Positions 20,101 to 28,625 of a stretch of DNA of 64,000 nucleotides are shown here, in pieces. Below the pieces are notes generated by a model. That model was not told where the DNA came from. It did no database searches and was given only the letters and a program-made list of their open reading frames with translations. Numbering within the stretch: the first letter of the stretch is position 1; the number at the start of each line of letters is the position of its first letter. A program made the translations under genes and the position numbers. Origin of the DNA: an uncultured bacterium (GTDB taxonomy: Bacteria; Cyanobacteriota; Vampirovibrionia; Gastranaerophilales; Gastranaerophilaceae); NCBI GenBank assembly GCA_945915465.1, contig CAMEFF010000002.1:25648-89647 (forward strand). Direction: 5' to 3'.

Positions 20101-20517
20101 ATGAGTATAATTAATGAAGTTTTTACGGTACACACCAAAGGGAATGCGGATATTATTGATTTAAGTCCGCAGATTAGAAATATTGTATATAGCCAACAGT
20201 TGCAAAATGCGGTTGTGTTTGTGTATGCAAAAGGCAGTACGGTTTCTGTTACGAATATTGAATTTGAACCGGGCTTGTTGGTTGATTTACCTGAGTCGTT
20301 AGATAGAATTGCACCGACAGATAAGGGTTATCATCACGATGAAATGTGGCATCACGGCAACGGTTTTTCACATGTTAGAGCATCAATTATCGGAAATTCT
20401 TTGCATATTCCGCTTGTTGACGGTGTTTTACAAATGGGACAGTGGCAGCAGGTGGTGCTGGTGGATTTCGACACCAAACCCCGCTCAAGGACTGTCAATG
20501 TGCAGATTTTGTATTAG
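20101..20517 (+). CDS. yjbQ: YjbQ/UPF0047 family protein (secondary thiamine-phosphate synthase family)
   Basis: HHDEMWHHGNGFSHVRASIIGNSLHIPLVDGVLQMGQWQQVVLVDFD matches the family signature. ATG 20101 follows AAAGGGG. Confidence 0.85.
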   Translation: MSIINEVFTVHTKGNADIIDLSPQIRNIVYSQQLQNAVVFVYAKGSTVSVTNIEFEPGLLVDLPESLDRIAPTDKGYHHDEMWHHGNGFSHVRASIIGNSLHIPLVDGVLQMGQWQQVVLVDFDTKPRSRTVNVQILY

Positions 20518-20526
20518 GGTTAAGAG

Positions 20527-20557
20527 TTGACAAATTAAAGAAAATAGTAAATAATAT
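20527..20557 (+). promoter_or_regulatory. sigma-70-type promoter with no ORF behind it
   Basis: TTGACA 20527-20532, then 17-19 nt to AATAAT/TAATAT (20550-20557). Confidence 0.45.
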
Positions 20558-20561
20558 AAAC

Positions 20562-20674
20562 ATAGGGGCAAACCCCAAGTAAGGTTCGTTTACCTGAGGT
20601 TTGACTTAGTACCCTATAAACAAAGTAAAACAATTTGTAAAATCGCTATCATTACCGTGATGGCGATTTTTATT
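20562..20674 (+). ncRNA. candidate ~110-nt small RNA (unknown class)
   Basis: Promoter just upstream. Three-tier hairpin 20562-20617 (ATAGGG/CCCTAT, CAAACC/GGTTTG, AGGT/ACCT). Intrinsic terminator 20642-20667 (10-bp stem) plus TTTTATT. No ORF. Confidence 0.35.
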
Positions 20675-20691
20675 GCAATACCGTTCATTTT

Positions 20692-20748
20692 ACCACCCCC
20701 TTCCACCGTTTTCTTAGTAAAATCCGTGTGTGGGTGGGGGTCGTTGGT
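20692..20748. other. GC-rich imperfect hairpin in an AT-rich intergenic region
   Basis: ACCA-CCCCC-TT-CCAC ... GTGG-GT-GGGGG-TCGT-TGGT gives 13 bp in three blocks. No flanking T-run. Confidence 0.3.
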
Positions 20749-20851
20749 ACTACCCTATATTATCATTATAGATGAAATATGGCTTTTGAATCTAAATTTT
20801 TCTGTTTAATGTGTCAAAACATATTTTGCTGCATTAGAAGTTAATTTAATT

Positions 20852-20871
20852 GTCGGAATGGCAATTCCGAC
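20852..20871. repeat. perfect 8-bp hairpin GTCGGAAT-GGCA-ATTCCGAC (H-module-like)
   Basis: Palindrome read directly. The GGAAT/ATTCC core resembles the H hairpins at 29596, 33645 and 37555. Confidence 0.5.
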
Positions 20872-20969
20872 TTACATTTTGATTTTGAAATTTGTGTTCA
20901 ATTTCGTTGTTTTCTTCCCTTCTCAAACAATCCAAATTCTGATTATTCGTCAAAAATCCTTATTATTCA

Positions 20970-20978
20970 TGATATAAT
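20970..20978 (+). promoter_or_regulatory. extended -10 element (TGATATAAT) for flhB
   Basis: TGnTATAAT lies 22 nt upstream of ATG 21000, with AAGGA in between. Confidence 0.45.
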
Positions 20979-20999
20979 GTAGTAAAAAGGACTATCTCA

Positions 21000-22076
21000 A
21001 TGGGTGATGAAGACAAGCAGTTTGATGCCACACCACAAAAACTGGACAGAGCAAGAAAGGAAGGTCAGGTTGTTAAATCTCGTGACTTTTCTATGGCTAT
21101 TTCTATGCTTGTTGTTTTTTCTGTCGTTATCGGGTTAGCTCCGTTTATTTGGGAGCAAATCGTTTCGATTTTTACGCTTTTGTATGAGCAAATTCCAAAC
21201 GCACGCCTAGAGGACATAAACTATATGTATGTCTTTTTGATTGCTACAAAAGGGATTTGTTTGATTTTGTTCCCAGTGTTTGCCGTAGCGTGGCTTGTTG
21301 CAGTGCTTGCCGATTTTATTCAAGTCGGTCCTCTTGTTGCGACAGCTCCGTTAATGCCAAAATTAGACAAATTAAATCCGACAAAGTATTTCAAAAATAT
21401 TATGTCTATCAAAACTCTTTTTGAATTGTTCAAAAACATTGCAAAAGTTATTATTTTGGGTTATATCGGTTGGTCTGTTTATAAAGAGCATATTGAAAGT
21501 ATTATGATGTTGGCTCAGGTGGATAACAATTTTGCGGTAATGAAGGAGTTTGGCGAACTTATTACTCAATTTATTTTCAAAGCCTGTATTGCGTTTTTGG
21601 TAATTGCTGCAGCTGATTATGGGGTTACAAAGTGGAAGTTTTTGCAGGATCAAAAGATGTCTTTTAAAGAAATTAAAGATGAATACAAAAACTCGGAAGG
21701 TGACCCGAACGTTAAGGCTCAGTTACGTCAACGTCGTATGCAGATGCTTCAACAGGGGGCAATGGACGCAGTTCCGACTGCGGACTTTGTTGTAACGAAC
21801 CCTACTCACGTTGCGTGTGCCTTGAAGTATGTTGCCGAAGAAATGGATTCTCCGATGTTAATTGCAAAAGGTACAGAGTTGATTGCGAAGAAAATTATTG
21901 ATATTGCAAAAGAACACAATGTTCCCGTAATCGAAAATCCGCCAGTTGCAAGAGCTTTATTCAGAATGGTTGAGATTAATCAGCCGATTCCGCCAGAATT
22001 GTACAAAGCTGTTGCTGAGATTTTGATGTTCGTATATAAAATGAAAAATCCTACAAATATACGAACACGAAATTGA
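21000..22076 (+). CDS. flhB: flagellar type III export apparatus switch protein FlhB
   Basis: N-terminus DKQFDATPQKLDRARKEGQVVKSRDFS, 4 TM, NPTH autocleavage site (VVTNPTHVACALKY), C-terminal PVIENPPVARALF. Confidence 0.9.
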   Translation: MGDEDKQFDATPQKLDRARKEGQVVKSRDFSMAISMLVVFSVVIGLAPFIWEQIVSIFTLLYEQIPNARLEDINYMYVFLIATKGICLILFPVFAVAWLVAVLADFIQVGPLVATAPLMPKLDKLNPTKYFKNIMSIKTLFELFKNIAKVIILGYIGWSVYKEHIESIMMLAQVDNNFAVMKEFGELITQFIFKACIAFLVIAAADYGVTKWKFLQDQKMSFKEIKDEYKNSEGDPNVKAQLRQRRMQMLQQGAMDAVPTADFVVTNPTHVACALKYVAEEMDSPMLIAKGTELIAKKIIDIAKEHNVPVIENPPVARALFRMVEINQPIPPELYKAVAEILMFVYKMKNPTNIRTRN

Positions 22077-22094
22077 ATTATTGAAGTATTATAG

Positions 22095-22769
22095 ATGTGT
22101 AATATTATGACAAAAGAAGATAACAGAAATTTACAACATTATATTGATATCGTACAAAAAGTGGCGAGAGTAGAGCATAAGCGTATTCCGTCACACATGG
22201 TGGAGTACGAGGAATTGTTGTCTATCGGTATTATTGCAATTCAGGTTATGATTAAAAACAAAACACCCGAACAACTTGCAAAATATAATTCTGCATACAT
22301 TGCAACAGCTGTTCGTTGGGCTATTCGTAATGAATTGCGTATAAGATATAAATGGTACTCTTTGAAACACAAATCAGAAGAAGAGTTTGACGAAGAAGAG
22401 GCTGTAGAAGGCATGGATATGAAACAGGCAAAAGTTCGTGAAGCGATTTACGAAACTATATTGTCTATTGACGGTCTTGCTGCTGCCGCAAGTGATAATG
22501 AATCACCGTTTGATTTTGTCAAGGACCCACACGCTTTGCCTGATGAAAATGCTGAAATCTCCGAAATGGGTAAAATGATTAGGGTGGCAATTTCAAAATT
22601 ACCGCCAAAAGAAAGAACCGTTGTTGAATACAGATTTTACCGTAATATGCAGGTCAAGGATATTGCGACACAAATCGGTTTGTCCCCTTCTCGTGTAACA
22701 AGAATTGTTCAATCTTCCTTGAATGCGGTTAGGGATTATTTGAACGCTCACGAGCAATACGGCTATTAG
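22095..22769 (+). CDS. fliA: sigma-70 family factor, FliA/WhiG (sigma-28)-like
   Basis: Region 2 (YNSAYIATAVRWAIRNELR) and region 4 HTH (ERTVVEYRFYRNMQVKDIATQIGLSPSRVTRIVQSSL). Sits directly downstream of flhB. Start could be 22107. Confidence 0.75.
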   Translation: MCNIMTKEDNRNLQHYIDIVQKVARVEHKRIPSHMVEYEELLSIGIIAIQVMIKNKTPEQLAKYNSAYIATAVRWAIRNELRIRYKWYSLKHKSEEEFDEEEAVEGMDMKQAKVREAIYETILSIDGLAAAASDNESPFDFVKDPHALPDENAEISEMGKMIRVAISKLPPKERTVVEYRFYRNMQVKDIATQIGLSPSRVTRIVQSSLNAVRDYLNAHEQYGY

Positions 22770-22830
22770 TTTTTTATAAATTATTTTGACGGTTTGCAAA
22801 CTGTGACTATTTTTAGTAAACTTGTTTTGT

Positions 22831-23829
22831 ATGGAAGGTCAAATTTACAAAATACATTCTGATTTTTATTATGTGCAAGCAAACGGTTGCACTTATGAAT
22901 GCAAAATGAGAGAGGTTTTGAAAAAGCAACAGTTGAGAATTGTTGCGGGTGATAATGTTGAGTTTTCGGGCGGATATATAACAAAACTTCTTCCGAGAAA
23001 AACTTATATTCAACGTCCTGCAGTTGCTAATGTTGACCAAATCGTTGTAGTGAGTGCCTTAAAACATCCAGATTTGGACTTTCATCAGTTGAATCGTTAT
23101 GTTGCACTTGCAAAATATTACAAAATTCCCGTGATTTTGTGTTTTAACAAAGAAGATTTAGGGTTAGAAAATAATTTGAGAGAAGAAATTCTTGAAATTT
23201 ATTCACCGCTCGGGTATAAAATCGTCTTTACTTCTGCATTAGAACATCTCGGACTTGGTGAATTTCGAGAATTATTGAAGGGCAAAATCTCGGCATTATG
23301 TGGTAATTCGGGTGTCGGAAAATCAAGTTTGATAAATGCTTTAAATCCGAATGTGCATTTGCGAACAAAAGAAGTTAGTGAAAAATTAAATCGTGGTACT
23401 CATACCACAAGACATTGTGAGATTATTCCGCTTGATGAAACTTCTGCAATCGTTGATACTCCGGGGTTTAGTAATGTAAGATTTGATTTTATTTTGCCGC
23501 ACGATATAGATTTATTGTTTCCTGAAATGGTTGAATTTCGTGAACTTTGCAAATATGGTGATTGCTTGCACATAAATGAAGACGGTTGCGGAGTTTTGGA
23601 AAATATTGATAAAATTGCCGAATCTCGATATGAAAGTTATATAGAATTTGTGTCTGAGGCTTTGGAATATAAAGAAAAAGTGAAATATAACGGTGTTAAA
23701 AGAGAAACGGCGGGTAAATTTAAAAATAATAAAATGCAGCCGAAAATCAGTGACAAAAAACGCCGTGCGGCACGAAATACGCAAAAACAAAATATATATA
23801 AGGAACTTGATGAAGATGAAAATGAGTAA
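22831..23829 (+). CDS. rsgA: ribosome small-subunit-dependent GTPase A, with basic C-terminal tail
   Basis: Circularly permuted GTPase: NKEDL (G4) precedes GNSGVGKSSLINAL (G1) and DTPGF (G3). Zinc knuckle C..GDCLH..EDGC. ATG 22831; the track start 22822 is TTG. Confidence 0.9.
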   Translation: MEGQIYKIHSDFYYVQANGCTYECKMREVLKKQQLRIVAGDNVEFSGGYITKLLPRKTYIQRPAVANVDQIVVVSALKHPDLDFHQLNRYVALAKYYKIPVILCFNKEDLGLENNLREEILEIYSPLGYKIVFTSALEHLGLGEFRELLKGKISALCGNSGVGKSSLINALNPNVHLRTKEVSEKLNRGTHTTRHCEIIPLDETSAIVDTPGFSNVRFDFILPHDIDLLFPEMVEFRELCKYGDCLHINEDGCGVLENIDKIAESRYESYIEFVSEALEYKEKVKYNGVKRETAGKFKNNKMQPKISDKKRRAARNTQKQNIYKELDEDENE

Positions 23830-24733
23830 TTATATTGAGTTAATAAATGATAAATTGGATGAGTTTTTAGAGATTAAATACCCTGAAACAATTTTTAAAG
23901 CAATGAAATATACTGTTTTATTGCCAGGTAAAAGGCTTCGCCCCGTGATGTGTTTGGAAACCTGTAGAATGTTTGGCGGAGATATTGAAGAGGCAATTCC
24001 GACAGCGTGTGCGATAGAAATGTTGCATGCCCAAACCCTTATTCATGACGATTTACCGTGTATGGATAATGATGATTACAGACGTGGAAAACCTACTAAC
24101 CATAAGGTTTTTGGCGAAGCAATGGCGGTCTTAGCGGGTGATGCGTTGTTGACATTTGCTCCGCAAGTTATAACAAAATATTCAAAAAATCTTTCTTCTT
24201 CAGTTTTGATTAGGGTTTTGAACGAGTATTTTCAATTTGCGGGAGCGTACGGTGTTATAGCAGGGCAGGTCGTTGATATTGTATCGGAAGGTAAATTTCT
24301 TAATTTAGATAAAAATAATAAGAAGGAATTTGAAGAGTCTCAAAAGATTTTGCAATATTTGCATGTGCATAAAACTTCTGATTTGTTCTGTCTTGCAATG
24401 CGTACCGGTGCAATAATTGCGGGTGCGGATGATGAAAAACTTGACACGATCGCTGAGTTTGCAAGAACTTTTGGACTTGCATTTCAAATTGCGGATGATA
24501 TTTTAGACGAAATTTCGACCTTTGAAACTATGGGAAAAACAATGGGCAAGGATAAAGAAGAAGGTAAATTGACTTATGTTTCATTATACGGACTTGAGGA
24601 GTCGAAATGTAAACTTACTTGCCTTTTGAAAAAATGCTATGATATAATGAAAAAACAGAACATGTCATCAGTAATTTTAACTGATATAATGAATAATATA
24701 TTTAAGAGAGTAGGTATTAATAATGAATTTTGA
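23810..24733 (+). CDS. (E)-polyprenyl diphosphate synthase (FPP/GGPP synthase type)
   Basis: FARM LIHDDLPCMDNDDYRRGKPT and SARM FQIADDILD. The track ORF start 23693 lies inside rsgA; ATGs at 23810, 23816 and 23822 are the plausible starts. Confidence 0.85.
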   Translation: MKMKMSNYIELINDKLDEFLEIKYPETIFKAMKYTVLLPGKRLRPVMCLETCRMFGGDIEEAIPTACAIEMLHAQTLIHDDLPCMDNDDYRRGKPTNHKVFGEAMAVLAGDALLTFAPQVITKYSKNLSSSVLIRVLNEYFQFAGAYGVIAGQVVDIVSEGKFLNLDKNNKKEFEESQKILQYLHVHKTSDLFCLAMRTGAIIAGADDEKLDTIAEFARTFGLAFQIADDILDEISTFETMGKTMGKDKEEGKLTYVSLYGLEESKCKLTCLLKKCYDIMKKQNMSSVILTDIMNNIFKRVGINNEF

Positions 24734-25202
24734 AGTTGTAAAGAATATGATTGCAGGGAACGGTTATGAGGTCATAACATGCGGAGTAACGGCAGCATTT
24801 TTTGCTCAAGTTATTAAGTTTATTTTGTTCACTGCGAAAAATAGAAAAATCAATTTCAAAATATTTTCAACAACAGGCGGAATGCCGAGTTCTCATTCTG
24901 CCGGTGTCATGGCTTTATCAACGGCTGCGGGATTGTTGGAAGGCTTTGACTCAACCGTTTTTGCAGTATCGTTAGGTTTTGCTTTGATTATTATGTATGA
25001 TGCTGCAGGTTTAAGACGTGCCGCAGGTAAAACAGCCGCTTGTTTAAACAGAATGATGGAAGATTTTTACTACCACGATTTGCAGTCTGTAGGCGGTAAG
25101 TTGAAGGAACTTTTGGGACACACACCGTTTGAAGTTTTTGTTGGTGCGTTGTTTGGAATTATTTATACATACTTGCTTCATGTATATTTATTTATGGGCT
25201 AA
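24723..25202 (+). CDS. divergent PAP2 (DUF212, acid phosphatase/haloperoxidase-related) membrane protein
   Basis: GGMPSSHSAGVMAL and YDAAGLRRAAG motifs. Overlaps the upstream gene by 11 nt. Confidence 0.8.
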   Translation: MNFEVVKNMIAGNGYEVITCGVTAAFFAQVIKFILFTAKNRKINFKIFSTTGGMPSSHSAGVMALSTAAGLLEGFDSTVFAVSLGFALIIMYDAAGLRRAAGKTAACLNRMMEDFYYHDLQSVGGKLKELLGHTPFEVFVGALFGIIYTYLLHVYLFMG

Positions 25203-25302
25203 TTTTAATAAGGGTTTTCGCTCTGCCAAAAATGAGCGAGAGCGTATCCGCAAAAATCGAAAGATTTTTGAATGATAAGTGAATAATTTTTATAAGTAGT
25301 GA

Positions 25303-25378
25303 GGGCGGTTGGCGCAGTTGGTAGCGTATCACATTGACATTGTGGGGGTCATCGGTTCAAGTCCGGTACCGCCCACCA
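25303..25378 (+). tRNA. tRNA-Val (anticodon GAC), CCA encoded
   Basis: GGGCGGT/ACCGCCC acceptor stem, D-arm GCGC-AGTTGGTA-GCGT, anticodon arm TCACA-TTGACAT-TGTGG, T-arm ATCGG-TTCAAGT-CCGGT, discriminator A plus CCA. Confidence 0.92.
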
Positions 25379-25651
25379 CTTATATAAAAGATATTTATAT
25401 GACAAAATTTTTGCTGGTGAGTGGTTAAATAATGAGGAATATGGTGTAATCCATAGAATAGCGGTAGTTGAACATTATAAGGGAAGTGCTTTTTTTTGTA
25501 TTTAATGGTGTTTGAAACTTTTGCCCAATATGCGAATTGATACCCACAAAAATAATATACCAATGCAATAAACTATTCTGAAAAACGGTTTTCAGTATTG
25601 CGGAATTATTAAAAAAGAAGACGGTTCGGAACGCTTGGCTTATCAAACTAA

Positions 25652-26518
25652 TTAGGCTTTTTGCGGTTGTTGCTCTTTTTCAAGTGTTGTCGTAGTCGTA
25701 GCGGTTTCGGTTTTCGGCATTGTGTGATGAGGTTTTGCTTTACCCGTTTCAATTCCCGCTACCGTTAGTGCTATCGGAACGAATTTTGAAATAATGCTGC
25801 CAATAGGAGAATTTTCCGCCATTAGTGTTATTGCCAAGCAAACATCATCAATGTGCGGGGCAAAATCGGTTATTTTTATGCCTCTGTCGGCTTTTATTCC
25901 GTGTACTTTTTCGTTTATTGCGTTAGAGACCTTGTTCCCCGCAATGATACCTGTCGCAAGGCTTGTGCCACTTATAACAGTTGGACAAAGAACTCTTAAA
26001 AATTTGTTTCCCGTTATAAATTTTGAGACTTTTTGCAATTTGATATGCGGAGTTTCTGTTTTTGCTAATTTTTCAAATTTCTTATAAAGTATTGTCGGAA
26101 CAGCCACAAAACCTAAAGGAATTGAAACATCACCAAGCAGTTGGTTTACGGCTTCACTACATTTTGCCCCGAAGTTTTCTTTTTTGTCAAATATTGCACC
26201 GCCTGCAAGTCCGCCAAGTACAGATCCTAAACCCATAAGTAAAATTTGTGGAGCTTCAAATTTTAAAACTTTCATCTTTGGATTGTTTTCATCTGCAATT
26301 TTAAATATAGCCCAATCTTTAATAGGTGTTTTTGCAATTCTTGAAGGACTTAATGAAAATTTTTGATGTTTTGCAATCATAGCAACCGAAGTTGCGACAC
26401 CTAAAGCGGCCATTGCCGCCGTGCCAATTTTTTCTTTTGTCATCGGCTCATCTGATTTCGGTATATGAGTGAATGTTGTATTCTTTTGATTATAATTAGT
26501 AACTGGTTGTATATACAT
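25652..26518 (-). CDS. hypothetical polytopic membrane protein
   Basis: 288 aa with about 5-6 hydrophobic, Gly-rich segments (LLMGLGSVLGGLAGGAIF and others). T/Q/P-rich tail. 92 nt downstream of etfA on the same strand. Confidence 0.55.
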   Translation of the reverse strand: MYIQPVTNYNQKNTTFTHIPKSDEPMTKEKIGTAAMAALGVATSVAMIAKHQKFSLSPSRIAKTPIKDWAIFKIADENNPKMKVLKFEAPQILLMGLGSVLGGLAGGAIFDKKENFGAKCSEAVNQLLGDVSIPLGFVAVPTILYKKFEKLAKTETPHIKLQKVSKFITGNKFLRVLCPTVISGTSLATGIIAGNKVSNAINEKVHGIKADRGIKITDFAPHIDDVCLAITLMAENSPIGSIISKFVPIALTVAGIETGKAKPHHTMPKTETATTTTTLEKEQQPQKA

Positions 26519-26610
26519 TTTCTAACCTTCGCTCCAACATTACCAAAACCAGTAAATAAAAAATATTGTTAGTTTTCAAGTTAATTTTAACAAATCTTAT
26601 TATATATTTA

Positions 26611-27612
26611 TTAATTTTGTTCCAAATATTCGGGAATAATTTTGAAAACATCGCAGACAATTCCAGTATCAGCAATCTCAAATATCGGAGCGGTTTCATC
26701 ATTGTTTATTGCTATGATATGCTCAGAACCCGTCATTCCGATTGTGTGCTGAATTGCTCCCGAAATTCCGCAGGCAATGTACAATTTAGGAGTAACGGTT
26801 TTACCCGTTTGTCCAACTTGAATACTTGCCGGAGCAAGTCCCAGCTCCACCGCACCTCTTGACGCCGCCAATGTTCCGCCAATTTTATCGGCAAATTTTT
26901 GAAGCAGGTCAAAGCCTTCTTTATTTTTCAAACCTTTTCCGCCCGCTACAATAATTTCCGCAGAATCAAGGTTGTTAATTTCGTTTTCAACAGTCTTTTT
27001 AAAATCGAGAATTTTGTATTTTGGTGAAGTTATATCAATGTTTATCGGGCATTGTATCATTTCGGTTTGTACGAAATTTGTTTCCGGATTTGTTTTGAAA
27101 ACTTTTGGGCGAACTGTTGCCATTTGTGGGAAGGTTTTGCATAAAATCGTAGCCATAAGTTGTCCGCCAAAAGTCGGACGAGTTGCGGCAAGTCTTCCGT
27201 TTTCGTTAATATCAAGCCCCGTACAATCAGCGGTTAAACCTGTACCCAACGCACTTGCAATTCTTGGGGCAAGGTCTCTTCCTTGATTTGTTGCTCCGAT
27301 TAACATTATTTCAGGTTTAATTTGATTTATCAAATTGATTATGAGTTTTGAATACGTTTCAGTGTTGTAATTCTTGAAACTGTCGTCTTCAAAATAATAA
27401 ACCTTGTTTAAGCCTTTGTTTTCAAACGCTTCTTTGTAGGTGTAAACCAAATTTTTGCGGGTAAAAATTACCGCATTAACTTCAACTCCTCCGAGTTTTT
27501 GAGCAAGTTCTTTTGCTTTATCGACAAGTTCAAAAAATACCGTGTGGATAAATTCCTCTCTTGTCAGTTGTGCATAAATCAATATTCCTTTGTGTTCGTT
27601 GTTTTCAGGCAT
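26611..27612 (-). CDS. etfA: electron transfer flavoprotein alpha subunit
   Basis: C-terminal FAD-binding signature YIACGISGAIQHTIGM. ATG 27612 is preceded by GGAG 9 nt upstream; the track start 27633 is TTG. 8-nt overlap with etfB. Confidence 0.9.
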   Translation of the reverse strand: MPENNEHKGILIYAQLTREEFIHTVFFELVDKAKELAQKLGGVEVNAVIFTRKNLVYTYKEAFENKGLNKVYYFEDDSFKNYNTETYSKLIINLINQIKPEIMLIGATNQGRDLAPRIASALGTGLTADCTGLDINENGRLAATRPTFGGQLMATILCKTFPQMATVRPKVFKTNPETNFVQTEMIQCPINIDITSPKYKILDFKKTVENEINNLDSAEIIVAGGKGLKNKEGFDLLQKFADKIGGTLAASRGAVELGLAPASIQVGQTGKTVTPKLYIACGISGAIQHTIGMTGSEHIIAINNDETAPIFEIADTGIVCDVFKIIPEYLEQN

Positions 27613-28402
27613 TTTTACTTGCTCCAAATTCAATGATTTTACTTTTCAACAAATCTACACTTTCGCTCACTCCGAGTTGATATTTTTGAGCCTCGTGTGA
27701 AGGAAGATTGCGGAACGCTTTACTTACAAATGTCGGTGAGCCTTTTATCCCTACGTTTTCAGGACTTAATCCTAAATCAGTCATTGTGCAAACTTTGATT
27801 TCTTTTTTGCTTGCCGAAATTACCCCTGCGATTTTAGCTCGTTGAGGTTCAAAATTCTGTTTGATGACACAGATGAGTGCGGGAAGTTTTACCGCAACTG
27901 TTTCTATTCCGTCTTCAAGTTCTCTTGTCAGTGTCAATTCTTTGTTTTCGTATTTTACATAATCTTTGACGTATGTAACTTGCGGGAGCGATAAGAAATT
28001 TGCAATGTTTGGTCCAGTCTGAGCAGTGTCGCCGTCAACGGCAAATTGTCCGCAAATTATCAGGTCAAAATCAGGTTTGGCGTATCTTATAGCACGGGAA
28101 ATCGTTAGACCTGTTGCATAAGTGTCTGCTCCTGAAAATTTTTTATCTGAAATTAACACCGCATTGTCACAGCCTAATGCAAGAACCTTTCTCAACATGT
28201 CTTCGGCTTGAGGCGGTCCCATTGTAAATACTGTAATTTCGGTGTTTTTATTTTCTTTTTTTAACTTAAGAACAAGTTCAACCGCATAGACATCGTACGG
28301 GTTTATAATGCTTTCAACGCCTTCTCTTTGAATTGTGTTGTTTTCGGTCCACTTGATGTCCGTTGTATCGGGAACTTGCTTTATACATAGTGCAATTTTC
28401 AT
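27605..28402 (-). CDS. etfB: electron transfer flavoprotein beta subunit
   Basis: MKIALCIKQVPDTTD...INPYDVYAVE...FTMGPPQAEDMLRKVLALG is the typical EtfB N-terminus. 265 aa. Confidence 0.9.
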   Translation of the reverse strand: MKIALCIKQVPDTTDIKWTENNTIQREGVESIINPYDVYAVELVLKLKKENKNTEITVFTMGPPQAEDMLRKVLALGCDNAVLISDKKFSGADTYATGLTISRAIRYAKPDFDLIICGQFAVDGDTAQTGPNIANFLSLPQVTYVKDYVKYENKELTLTRELEDGIETVAVKLPALICVIKQNFEPQRAKIAGVISASKKEIKVCTMTDLGLSPENVGIKGSPTFVSKAFRNLPSHEAQKYQLGVSESVDLLKSKIIEFGASKNA

Positions 28403-28417
28403 AGTGTTTTAAATTTT

Positions 28418-28615
28418 TTATTTGTGTGCAGTGGCAGCTTGGGCTTTGGCTCTTTGTTTTTGGTTAGCGTCAAGCAAAGCATTGTATGCCAATAGGTACA
28501 TTGAGCATTTTTGAACGCTTGGAACATACCACGCACATTTTGTTTGGCTGCAAATCATATCAATTCCTGAACCGATACTGATTAGTGGACATACCGGAAT
28601 ATCATTTTTACCCAT
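28418..28615 (-). CDS. 65-aa Cys-containing hypothetical protein inside the etf operon
   Basis: ATG start, with 10-15 nt gaps to both neighbours. Cys at residues 9, 22, 27 and 37, but no CxxC. A/K/Q-rich tail. Confidence 0.5.
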   Translation of the reverse strand: MGKNDIPVCPLISIGSGIDMICSQTKCAWYVPSVQKCSMYLLAYNALLDANQKQRAKAQAATAHK

Positions 28616-28625
28616 TTATTTTCTC

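Noticed and set aside
20565-20576. GGGGCAAACCCC reminiscent of the GGCAAACC start of c-di-GMP-I (GEMM-I) riboswitches, next to flagellar genes
   Set aside because: The rest of the GEMM-I core (GNRA-capped P1b, ACGCAAAGC junction, second hairpin with receptor) is absent. It is kept only as part of an unclassified sRNA candidate.
23693-23809. Upstream extensions of ORF-track models. Examples: polyprenyl synthase from 23693, oxidoreductase to 35626, lysS to 58817, etfA to 27633, mscL to 2583, the paralogue to 3801.
   Set aside because: The extensions start at non-ATG codons or overlap the preceding gene extensively. Internal ATGs with proper SD spacing fit family N-termini better.
25379-25651. 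Possible integration scar or second RNA gene in the 273-bp gap after tRNA-Val
   Set aside because: No duplicate of the tRNA 3' end, no cloverleaf and no integrase adjacent. Only a 7-bp hairpin (CTGAAAA/TTTTCAG) that probably terminates the convergent gene.
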